Below are positions 55,576 to 64,000 of a stretch of 64,000 nucleotides of DNA, piece after piece. This DNA is from Verrucomicrobiota bacterium (lineage in GTDB: Bacteria; Verrucomicrobiota; Verrucomicrobiia; Opitutales; Cerasicoccaceae): positions 64,001 through 128,000 of the forward strand of contig JBCBUK010000003.1 in NCBI GenBank assembly GCA_039818205.1, given 5' to 3'. The notes under the pieces were generated by a model. That model ran no database searches, had not been told where the DNA came from, and worked only from the letters and a program-made list of their open reading frames with translations. Within the stretch, counting starts at the first letter, position 1. The number at the start of each line of letters is the position of its first letter. The translations under genes were made by a program, and so were the position numbers.

Positions 55576-57699
55576 TCAGTTGCCGCTACTATCGAGAGAC
55601 ACTTTCTCGGGCTGCATTTCCCGATGAAACTCCTTTTCGGCCGGAAGGTAGATGTCCTCAATATCCGGCAGAAACTTGGTGTCTCCGGTGACCAACGCGT
55701 AGGCCATGCGCACGTAGGTGTCCAACTGATCGGGTTCGTAGGTCATGGGCAGCGACTCCAGGAATTCGCGAGCAAATTCCGGTTCGCCTGACTGGGCGTA
55801 TGCGAGGGCGAGGACCGCGTAGAAGGAAAAATTCTCCGGGAAATCACTGATCAATTTTTCTCCGTAGTAACGACAGGCAGCCAAGTTGGTTCCAAGCAGG
55901 GACTGGAGGTAAATCGCGAGGCTCATGGCCTTGGGATCGTTCCGGAATTGATCGAGTTCAATGCGGTCAAGGCAGATGCGCAATTCAGTGTCGAGCGCCA
56001 GTCGATACAGGAGCATAATGTAGCGTCGCGTCACAAACGGATTGCTCTCGGTTTTGCCAAAAAGTTCGCGAAAAAATACGACCTGTTGTTCGGGACCCGT
56101 GTTGCTGCGGAGGATTTCATCGTAGCCATCCCAATCCTGAGGGTCGGCCTTGTGCAGGCCTTGGATCAAATCGACGGTAAATAGCTCGGGGAGATCGTTT
56201 CGATAGTGAATCAGGGCCTGCCAGAAGTGCTGGTCTGACTCCGTGAGCGCGCTGCGTTGTCGCTTGGCCGCGATCAGCTCCTCAGCTAATTCGAAGTTAC
56301 TTGGGTTTCCGAGGACGAGTGAGAATAGGAACTCGCGGCTGTGATCACGATTTGTCGGCAGATCATCGAAATCGATAAAGCTATCCGCAACGCCGCCAAG
56401 ACGGAAAAAATTGAGGGATTCCAAGGCTTCGTGCCGTTCTTCAAAATCGGTGAGGTCGTATTCAGATAGAATCGCATCGATAGCCTCTTCGCGGGAGATC
56501 TGGTTCGCTTCCATGGCGCGCCCGGCGGCGAGGACACGGTGGTCTCGGGTAGCATCAGGATGTTGGCTTAGATGATCGTAGATTGCCATGAAGTCGATGG
56601 CCGGATAAGACCCATCAACGTAGCTGGCGTCACCGAGCGCCAGTTCGGACATGTGGATCCCAATGTCATCATTGCGAAAGATGCCATCCAGGAGGTGTTG
56701 GTGGACGGATTCCCGAACAACTGGATCAGGGCTGCCTTTGTTGAGTCGGACAATGGTTTCGAAAATAAGGGGTGTCTCCAGACCCTTTCGCAATGACTCA
56801 TAGGATCGGTTGAGCGCTTGGTTGAAGCGACCACTGGACAATAGGATACGTATCTCCGAATCTGCGGCGGCTGCCGAGTCGGGGTCCATCGATTGCAGCA
56901 TGGAAAGGAAGCGAGAACTGTGGGCCAGGTGGTTATAGTTTACGCCATTCTCCACGATCTGAGCGATATCGTCTGGCTGAAAGCCGCGGACCTTTGCCAG
57001 TTGCTCGCTCCACCAGATTGCTTCCGGATTGTTGATTTGATTCGCATACTCGAGCGCGGCGCTCAAGGTCTCTTCATTCGGGTCCAGGAGCGCTGCGGTT
57101 CTCGCCGTAATGAAGGCATCTACTTTGCGTTCTGATTCGTTTAACTCCTTGGCCGTCGCGTAAATGTTTTCTGCGCGATAGGCGCGGATCTCACGAACCC
57201 ACCAAGGAGCGGTAACGCCAGCCACAATCAACATGACCGTGAGTATGCCGAGGATTCCTCGATAGATGAGTGGAAGCGCAATGAAACGCTGGACGCAGCT
57301 TTCAACAAAATCAATGAAACCGACAACCAGGATAACGTAATTGCGCCAAGTCACGGCGATGAAATCCTTGATCGAAAAAGATCCAATACGATCAATGAAA
57401 TCGAGCCAGTGTTCCTTAATCTGACCAGGGGACCGAAAAATCGACCACGCGAAACTGGCTAAGCTGTAAGGGACGATCGTTAGCTTTTCCCAAAGATCGA
57501 TCAATGCCTGCTTACGCTCTTCTGCCAGATTCTTTCGGATAGCTGGCAAGCTTTCGCGCCAGATTTCAAGATGCAGTGATAGGTCGGAAACACCTTGGAA
57601 CAGGGCCCTGAATCGATCACGAATTCCGAAGCGCACGAACGATGTGAAATCGGCCCAGCGCTCCGAAAAGAAGTGCATAATGGAATGATATAGGTTCAT
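55576..57699 (-). CDS. Membrane-anchored TPR-like protein (paralog of 61036..63174)
   Basis: Amphipathic N-terminus, one TM helix and a helical repeat body. Shares RTAALLDP, IWWSE and HxDAxRxxRV-like segments with 61036..63174. Confidence 0.7.
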   Translation of the reverse strand: MNLYHSIMHFFSERWADFTSFVRFGIRDRFRALFQGVSDLSLHLEIWRESLPAIRKNLAEERKQALIDLWEKLTIVPYSLASFAWSIFRSPGQIKEHWLDFIDRIGSFSIKDFIAVTWRNYVILVVGFIDFVESCVQRFIALPLIYRGILGILTVMLIVAGVTAPWWVREIRAYRAENIYATAKELNESERKVDAFITARTAALLDPNEETLSAALEYANQINNPEAIWWSEQLAKVRGFQPDDIAQIVENGVNYNHLAHSSRFLSMLQSMDPDSAAAADSEIRILLSSGRFNQALNRSYESLRKGLETPLIFETIVRLNKGSPDPVVRESVHQHLLDGIFRNDDIGIHMSELALGDASYVDGSYPAIDFMAIYDHLSQHPDATRDHRVLAAGRAMEANQISREEAIDAILSEYDLTDFEERHEALESLNFFRLGGVADSFIDFDDLPTNRDHSREFLFSLVLGNPSNFELAEELIAAKRQRSALTESDQHFWQALIHYRNDLPELFTVDLIQGLHKADPQDWDGYDEILRSNTGPEQQVVFFRELFGKTESNPFVTRRYIMLLYRLALDTELRICLDRIELDQFRNDPKAMSLAIYLQSLLGTNLAACRYYGEKLISDFPENFSFYAVLALAYAQSGEPEFAREFLESLPMTYEPDQLDTYVRMAYALVTGDTKFLPDIEDIYLPAEKEFHREMQPEKVSLDSSGN

Positions 57700-57717
57700 G
57701 GCCTTCTTATGCTGAAG

Positions 57718-59277
57718 CTATAGGGTTTCACGGCTCAACGATTCAGTGATGAAATCTTCAACGGAGAAAGGTTGATTTTGACCTCCGGGTTGAGTGACAC
57801 CGATCAGTACCATTTGCCGGGTGATCAAACTGTCTTCATCGACGCGTTTCCAAAAATTCTCCCACACGAGCTTCCATTTGTCGCCCCACGAAGCTTGGGC
57901 TCGGGTATAGAACTGGTAGTAGTCCTGAGTGCTGGTTGGCAGTAGCATACTCCGAAAGACCGTAATCCGTTTGTAGCGGATTGGATCTTCGAACTCGTAT
58001 ACCTCCATCTCCAGCTCCCCGCCATTGGGATCCTCCATAATGAAGGTTTCACGCTGGCCGATTTGCCGTAGTCCGTTCACCTGCTTGATGCAGACTTCTG
58101 GGTTGTGCGCGTTGGCCCGCATCACTGGGTGGCCATCGGGCCATTCCACGACGTGGTAATTTACCGAATTACCGTTCCAAAGGTATTGTCCTGAGTAGAC
58201 GTCCTCGGTTTCGAGAATCTCCTTCGTTAGGTCGTCCACCTCGATCACACGATGAATGGGTAGGTCGCGGACATTTTCATGCTGGAGAGACCAACGATAG
58301 TCTTCAATCGCATCCGGTAGTCGGTACCAATAGGCGTGAAACGCCTCCAAGGCCGCGAGAAACCCAATTAGAAGTATGGTTATCGTGGTGCAAAGTCCCG
58401 GAAGGGGCCCTGCTGGTTCGACCGGGTTGTCGGGTTTCTCGTCGGGCTTCTTCTTTTCTAAGATGATGAAGCCAATCAGCACCACACTAAGGCCGAGGAC
58501 GAAGGTGATCCCGCCAGCGTTGTCGTGCCAGCGATCGTAGGCTTCCTGGCCTTCGATGCCCGTCACCCAGCCAAGAAAGAGTGCACGGATCGCGTTCTGA
58601 ACGAATGAGGCCACGAGCCCAATGATCACCAGGATGATGCGACGGGGGACACTCAGGCTGCCGAACTCGCCGAGGAAAATCGAGCTTACGACCAGAAACT
58701 GAAGTGATCGAATACCGCTACAGGCTTCAGCAACCTCGATGACGGCGGATCCAATTGAGATCTCGATGCCTTGCAACAGTGCTGGAATCCCCAGTAGCTG
58801 AAGCGATAAGGTCACAAAGTGGGCAATCTTATCCGTTAGCCAATCGCTCAATGCGCGTTCGATGCTGCCAGGCCACGGGATGGCGGTTAGCATCATCGCG
58901 AAGGGCAGGGCAAAGTGCTTGGCCCATTTGATACCGCCCCAGGCGATCAACCAGGAAAGCGCGAATGCGACCAGGAGAAATCCTTGAATCCAGCTGAGCA
59001 TCAACCAGGTGCTCATGGTATCCCACACCAGGCGGATAACGCTGTAGCCAAGTCCGAATGCCAGGGCGATAAACAGCCACGGTATCTGCGGAGCGCCTCG
59101 TTTGAGACCTTTCGCGCTAGCTTCCCAGATCAAATAGAGAGAAAGTACCGGGACTCCCCAGCCATAGAAATAGTGCGAGTCTGGATTCCAAAACCCATGC
59201 ATTTGCCACGCGAATGCCAATAGCATAAGGCATGGCAGAATAAGAATACGGAGACTGTCTGAACTTTCCTTCGACAT
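57718..59277 (-). CDS. Exosortase with C-terminal EpsI-like domain
   Basis: Multi-TM protein with VAEACSGIRSL / NAIRA / WHDNAG and a C-terminal AHNPEVCI. Confidence 0.88.
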   Translation of the reverse strand: MSKESSDSLRILILPCLMLLAFAWQMHGFWNPDSHYFYGWGVPVLSLYLIWEASAKGLKRGAPQIPWLFIALAFGLGYSVIRLVWDTMSTWLMLSWIQGFLLVAFALSWLIAWGGIKWAKHFALPFAMMLTAIPWPGSIERALSDWLTDKIAHFVTLSLQLLGIPALLQGIEISIGSAVIEVAEACSGIRSLQFLVVSSIFLGEFGSLSVPRRIILVIIGLVASFVQNAIRALFLGWVTGIEGQEAYDRWHDNAGGITFVLGLSVVLIGFIILEKKKPDEKPDNPVEPAGPLPGLCTTITILLIGFLAALEAFHAYWYRLPDAIEDYRWSLQHENVRDLPIHRVIEVDDLTKEILETEDVYSGQYLWNGNSVNYHVVEWPDGHPVMRANAHNPEVCIKQVNGLRQIGQRETFIMEDPNGGELEMEVYEFEDPIRYKRITVFRSMLLPTSTQDYYQFYTRAQASWGDKWKLVWENFWKRVDEDSLITRQMVLIGVTQPGGQNQPFSVEDFITESLSRETL

Positions 59278-59304
59278 TATCGATTAAATGACCGCAAGGG
59301 TCGG

Positions 59305-61011
59305 CTATTGTTGCCCAATTTTTGTTTGGGCCTTTAACAGCAGGTTCTGTTCTTCTGGTAGCAGGGATTCCGGTTCGATGCGCTGGAATTGCTGCCGGGC
59401 GTCTTCGAGATTATTTTGTTCAACGGCTAGCAGACCCGAGAGCAGGATGGTCGAAGGTTGCTCGCGAAAATCGTTGGGAATGCGCGACAATGCCTTTTCG
59501 GCCAAATCAAGCTGTCCATTCTGCATCAATGCGAAGCTATAGGTTGGCCAGGCAAAGGATCCTGATTCCTTAGCGGTGATTCGCTGGAGGGTTGCGAGAT
59601 CGGGCGCATCGCCAAGCAAAACGTTCAGGTATTGGAGATTGTTCAACATGATATCATGCTGAGGGAAGATGGTGATATACTCCGCGATGAGATCTCGCGC
59701 TTCTGCCGTCTTGTTCGTTTGTAGGAGCACCGTAACTAATCGTTCCTGAAAGTGAGCTTTGGATTGCATCGACTGAGGCAGTTCGACCGCCGCGCGATAG
59801 GCCGTCTCGGCTGCAGACCAGTGTCCTGATTCTGCAGCGGCGGCTGCAAGGATTCCTAGAGATTCCAAATCATCGGTCTTGATCGAGGTGTCGATTGCCG
59901 GATCCAGTGCTGCCTTAGCGTCCGGTGAGTGCGTTGTTTCTAGATTCAAAAGCAGGGCTTCGGCATTTAGCGCCTGCAGACGACTTTCGGCTAACTGCAG
60001 GTTCTCCGCGTTTTGACTAATCATTTGGATGACCTTCGGCCAGTCGCGATCAATGCGAGCCATTGCGAGGGCAAAGCGACTCTTCTGTTCATCACTGAGG
60101 GTATCGGGTTCCTGAATGAGCCCCTTCAATTGGTCGTAGGCTTCGCTGGCAAGTAGCCACTCAGCAAGGAGTTGTGCATTCTGCTTCTTCGTTTTTGCAA
60201 CCACCCGCGCGAGGATCTCATCGCGTTTTTCAGGATAAAGGCGTAGTTCGAAATTGGCTGCCAAGAGTTGGCCCTCGGCGCCGCCCCGTGGATGCTCTTG
60301 GAGCCGGCTAACGAGCCAACGGCGGTCGCTATCAAACAAAACGATGTTAGGATTCTTGGCCAGGTTCTGCAGAGACTGCCAGGCGAATTCGCCGTTCTTC
60401 TTGCCGGATTCGCGAAAATTGACTTTGGCGCGCTGCAGGTTCGTCGGATCGCCCAAGCTTGAGAAAACCAAGCCTTTCAGCAGGAGGGCTTCGGTATGGA
60501 GCTCGTCGATCGAAAGCAGGCGATCCAGCTGCATCAAAGCGCTGGCGATATCTCCCGACGCCAGGTGATACTTTGCGGTCAGGAGTTGGTATCGTTGATT
60601 ACTACCCGCTTCCGAATGGATTTCGGCTAGCCCTTTTTCCGCTTCATCGAGCCGTCCCGATGCGATCGCGAGTTCACAATACAACAGAACGTTATCGATT
60701 CGATTCTCTTCGGAATCGGGCGCCGCCTTCAATTGGCTTACAAGAGTCCACGCCGCATCTTGGTCCACGGATCCCAATGCCTTAACGCGCATTCTTAAAA
60801 TGTCATCGCTCGGACTCGACACTCGCATTAGTGCATCTGTGAGATCGACAACCGCAGCGGCGTCTTTTCGGAGATGCGCTGCCTGGATCTCGCCTCCTTG
60901 GTATTTTGTCCAAATAAACCAAGTCCCATAGGAACCGGCGAGGAGCAGTAACACAATGAAAGCAAGCGGTAGGAATCGCCACTTACCCAGGTCTTCAGGA
61001 AATATTCGCAT
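59305..61011 (-). CDS. Membrane-anchored TPR protein
   Basis: N-terminal TM helix, TPR-like helices and a C-terminal LLPEE motif. Confidence 0.75.
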   Translation of the reverse strand: MRIFPEDLGKWRFLPLAFIVLLLLAGSYGTWFIWTKYQGGEIQAAHLRKDAAAVVDLTDALMRVSSPSDDILRMRVKALGSVDQDAAWTLVSQLKAAPDSEENRIDNVLLYCELAIASGRLDEAEKGLAEIHSEAGSNQRYQLLTAKYHLASGDIASALMQLDRLLSIDELHTEALLLKGLVFSSLGDPTNLQRAKVNFRESGKKNGEFAWQSLQNLAKNPNIVLFDSDRRWLVSRLQEHPRGGAEGQLLAANFELRLYPEKRDEILARVVAKTKKQNAQLLAEWLLASEAYDQLKGLIQEPDTLSDEQKSRFALAMARIDRDWPKVIQMISQNAENLQLAESRLQALNAEALLLNLETTHSPDAKAALDPAIDTSIKTDDLESLGILAAAAAESGHWSAAETAYRAAVELPQSMQSKAHFQERLVTVLLQTNKTAEARDLIAEYITIFPQHDIMLNNLQYLNVLLGDAPDLATLQRITAKESGSFAWPTYSFALMQNGQLDLAEKALSRIPNDFREQPSTILLSGLLAVEQNNLEDARQQFQRIEPESLLPEEQNLLLKAQTKIGQQ

Positions 61012-61035
61012 GGTAGTTCAATGACCTGATTGTCC

Positions 61036-63174
61036 TTACATCTCCAAGGATGAGGACATGGTGGTCAAATTACGGGCCAATTGTTTTTCGACCTCCAGAT
61101 AGAGCCGGTCTTCTGAGGGAAGTTGACTTTGCGAGCCCAGGATGAGCGCATTCATCAGGTGGAGGTAGCCGGGCGAGCCGGGACCGAGCTCAGGCAGTTC
61201 GGCTAAGAGGGCCTGCGCGAGTTGGGTTTCCCCGGTACGATAGTAAATGAATGCGAGTGTTCGTCGCAGAGGCGCACTCAATGGATACTTACTTACGAGC
61301 TCTTCTGCCTGAAAGCGGGATAGTTCCAAATCGATATCGTAGAGGCTTTTTAGATACAACAGGAAGTTGGCGGACGCTGGTTGATCGTAGAAGCGTTCGG
61401 ATTGGAGCTGCTTGATCAATCCGGTCAATTCGTCTTCTTGGCCCAAGAAGTAGCAATTGGTCAGGTAATGGCTCGAAGCGATGCGAGGGGCATCACCGCG
61501 ACCGTAAATTTCTCGGTAGAAGGCCAGCCGTTGCTCGGGGTTGACGTGTTTCATCAACAGAACGTGCATATAGTCCCAGTCTTCAATCGTCGACTTCTCG
61601 AGTGATTGGAGTAAATAGACCTGAAAGCGTTCGCTTTCTTCCCGTTCGTTGGCGATGATCGCCCGCCAAAAGCGTCGGTGAGTCTCGGTTAACGCCAGCT
61701 GGTCATCCGTTTTGCCATCAATAATAGCCTCGGCGCGATCGAGATCTGGGCTTTCGGAAAATACGATCCCTTCAATATAGGCGCTGGCCAGTTTGGGGTT
61801 GATCTTACGATAGGCTTTGGGAATGAAGTCGTCTCGTCCCTCATAGATGCCACAGGTGCTCAGGGCGCTTAGGGCCTCTTCGTAGGATTTGTCATCGGAA
61901 AGATCGAATTCTGCTATGATAGCGGTCTGAGCATCCTCAGGCGTGATTGCTCCTTCAAGCAATGCCCGCGAAATCGAGCTTACCCGGTCCTCGCGGTCTG
62001 CGTGAGGATTTTCCGACACCAGCTGATAGATTTTTTGATAATCCAGTTGCGCGAGCTCCACGAGCTCGGGCTCAAGCAAGAGGGCAATTCGAGCCATAAG
62101 CATTGCCGTTTCATCGCCGCGCTGGAGGCATTTCTCCAGGTGGTTGACTGCTTGAGTCTGGATCGCTGGATCGCTCGAAGTAAGGGCAAGCTCAACGTAG
62201 GTTTGGTGGACTGCCGGGCTGTCAACCCCGTCGTCAATGGACTCCATCGCTTTGGCTAGCGCCTGTTCATGATAGCCTTTTTCCCGGAGCATTCGGAGCT
62301 CGGAATCAACAATTGATTCGGATTCGGGGAACTTGTTCTTGAGAACGGCGAGATACTGTGCGCCCTTGTTGAATTGCCGATAGTCGAGGGAGTAGTCGAT
62401 GACATCAGTAACGGATTCGATATCGAGGTTGTTCTTCTCGGCTACTTTTTCGCTCCACCAAATCGTCTCACCAGTTCGAACATCGTTGGCCAGCTTCAGA
62501 GTTTCTTCCAGGACACCCTTTTCATCGGGATCGAGCAGAGCGGCCGTTCGTGATTTCAGGTAGGCCTGCATTTTCCTCTCTTGATCGGCCAATTCCTTGG
62601 CCTCGGAAATAAGCTGTTGGGAACGCCACTCTTTAACCGAACCCCAAAGAAAGGCACTGCTGGCTAAAAGTGCGACTGCGGCAACCAGTGCGACGGCGGA
62701 TACGGTTCGCTCAAGTGGTTTTAATCGCTTCCAACTGCGGTAGATTCTCGAGGGAATTGATAAAACAAATGCGATCAGCTGAAGGTATAGCTTCCAGCAA
62801 ATCGCGATGTTTTCGCGCCAAGAAAGCTTTCTGAGATGTTTATACTCTTTGATCGAATTCCGAATCGACTTACGGATAGCGAAGCGCATTCGGGTGATAC
62901 TGCGCGATACGGCTGTTCGGAACTTCTTAGGACTCGATTTGATCTTCTTATTTAGACGCTTGGAAGCCTTCGCGCGCTCAGCCTCCCGCACTCGCTTCAT
63001 GGCGGGACGATCACGCTTCCAGCGCTTGATGTCTTTACGTTGGCGCGCCCACCAGGACTTCAGCTTCTTGCGCCTTGCTGGGATCTTGTGGAAAACAAAA
63101 ATTTTCCAGGCGGCTTTCCAGTCCTGGAGTTTCTTTTGAAGTGGTTTCCGTTTGTTCCTGCGCCGTTTAGCCAT
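61036..63174 (-). CDS. Membrane-anchored TPR-like protein with very basic N-terminal extension
   Basis: K/R-rich ~150-aa N-terminus, a TM helix, and a helical body alignable by eye with 55576..57699. Confidence 0.7.
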   Translation of the reverse strand: MAKRRRNKRKPLQKKLQDWKAAWKIFVFHKIPARRKKLKSWWARQRKDIKRWKRDRPAMKRVREAERAKASKRLNKKIKSSPKKFRTAVSRSITRMRFAIRKSIRNSIKEYKHLRKLSWRENIAICWKLYLQLIAFVLSIPSRIYRSWKRLKPLERTVSAVALVAAVALLASSAFLWGSVKEWRSQQLISEAKELADQERKMQAYLKSRTAALLDPDEKGVLEETLKLANDVRTGETIWWSEKVAEKNNLDIESVTDVIDYSLDYRQFNKGAQYLAVLKNKFPESESIVDSELRMLREKGYHEQALAKAMESIDDGVDSPAVHQTYVELALTSSDPAIQTQAVNHLEKCLQRGDETAMLMARIALLLEPELVELAQLDYQKIYQLVSENPHADREDRVSSISRALLEGAITPEDAQTAIIAEFDLSDDKSYEEALSALSTCGIYEGRDDFIPKAYRKINPKLASAYIEGIVFSESPDLDRAEAIIDGKTDDQLALTETHRRFWRAIIANEREESERFQVYLLQSLEKSTIEDWDYMHVLLMKHVNPEQRLAFYREIYGRGDAPRIASSHYLTNCYFLGQEDELTGLIKQLQSERFYDQPASANFLLYLKSLYDIDLELSRFQAEELVSKYPLSAPLRRTLAFIYYRTGETQLAQALLAELPELGPGSPGYLHLMNALILGSQSQLPSEDRLYLEVEKQLARNLTTMSSSLEM

Positions 63175-63245
63175 GCGAGGTCAGTGTGGTAGGGAATTGA
63201 GGCAATACAAAAGGAGACTACTATGGACGAATTCTTTGACATAGT

Positions 63246-63277
63246 AAAGCCCGTGTCTGCGAGCAGACACGGGCTTT
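63246..63277 (-). terminator. Strong hairpin after the PEP-CTERM gene
   Basis: Perfect 15-bp inverted repeat AAAGCCCGTGTCTGC-GA-GCAGACACGGGCTTT with a short U tract. Confidence 0.75.
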
Positions 63278-63302
63278 GATCAAATAAATTCGGGACTAAT
63301 AA

Positions 63303-64000
63303 TTAGCCTTCTTGCTTTGCAGTCTTCTTGTTGAAGCGGCGGTAGCTGATATAGCCACCCAAGAGAACAGCGGAAGCAATCATCATGTAGGTTGATGGCT
63401 CTGGAACTGCAGTAACGGTTCCTTCGAGTTGAACATCATCGCCTGCGCCGTTAGAAAAACCAACGTTACCTGGAGCACCATTAGTGACAACCCAAAGAGT
63501 GAAGGTTTCTGGCGCTTTGATTGTTAGTCCGGTCAAATCGAAGCTGATGTCGAAAGGAGCGTTCAATGGTACGGCTTGACCGATCGAAATAGTGTTTCCA
63601 ACCAAGTGAAGTTCAGTGACGTTGGTTGAAGCTCCGGAAAAGCTTAGGCTTTCGGCTGCGATGCGCCATCCGAGGTCAGCGCTGAAGCCTACTTGAGTAA
63701 TGAAAGCGCCGGTTGCGAACGCAAGCGGCAGGCTGGTTGGCGTCGCGTTGGTGGTGCCAGAGTAAGAATCTGGTGCCATGCCTGGAGTCATACCGAATCC
63801 GAGAAGATTTGGAGCGATCGTCATCGGAGTCGAGACGTTGACATTTGGGTCAAGGACGGCACCGGGGGAGACCCAGCCAGCTTGTTCGTTGATATCCATG
63901 CCTCCGTTATTGAAGTCGATATCAACCAAGAGGGCGCCTTGCGCAGTGATTGCAAAGCCGAGAGCTGCGCTTGCAGCAGAAAGTGTGCGGTAGCAGTTAC
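63303..64000 (-). CDS. PEP-CTERM sorting-domain protein, 5'-truncated by the window edge
   Basis: C-terminal VPEPSTYMMIASAVLLGGYISYRRFNKK (PEP, TM helix, basic tail). The frame stays open to the window end through a signal-peptide-like stretch (SAASAALGFAITAQG|ALL). Confidence 0.92.
   Translation of the reverse strand, partial: NCYRTLSAASAALGFAITAQGALLVDIDFNNGGMDINEQAGWVSPGAVLDPNVNVSTPMTIAPNLLGFGMTPGMAPDSYSGTTNATPTSLPLAFATGAFITQVGFSADLGWRIAAESLSFSGASTNVTELHLVGNTISIGQAVPLNAPFDISFDLTGLTIKAPETFTLWVVTNGAPGNVGFSNGAGDDVQLEGTVTAVPEPSTYMMIASAVLLGGYISYRRFNKKTAKQEG

Noticed and set aside
1..64000. CRISPR arrays, IS elements, prophage, tRNA/rRNA genes, anti-phage defence systems
   Set aside because: I saw no spaced repeats, transposase, integrase or structural phage genes. 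Intergenic gaps are all short, and the TPR proteins have no visible NTPase or nuclease effector domain within the window.

Overview
64 kb of gene-dense bacterial chromosome. Gene content (Amuc_1098-1102-type pilus/secretion cluster, PEP-CTERM protein, two exosortases, DapL, RNase Y) suggests Verrucomicrobiota, probably Opitutia; this is inference. All family calls come from motif recognition by eye, with no searches run. I found no rRNA, tRNA, CRISPR array, IS element or prophage. Housekeeping genes (dapL, pdhAB, hisG, metX, bcp, rny, rpoZ, smpB, htpG) surround four accessory systems. (1) The most interesting is a divergent eight-gene cluster at 38.7-49.0 kb. On the minus strand are arsS, arsM, an MTAP-type nucleoside phosphorylase and a TIGR04282/DUF2064 transferase. 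On the plus strand are DUF547, a circularly permuted flavoprotein fused to a membrane polyferredoxin, a processive GT2 and a GT87-TIGR04283 fusion. It reads as a complete route from arsenite to an activated arsenoribose and its transfer onto an envelope glycan or lipid. To my knowledge only the ArsM and ArsS steps are biochemically established. (2) An Amuc_1102-1098-like secretin system followed by a probable S-layer/adhesin cargo gene. (3) A fused double-DUF1538 membrane protein coupled to a single-chain protein with three P-II-like domains. (4) A PEP-CTERM / TPR / TPR / exosortase / TPR cassette at the right edge.
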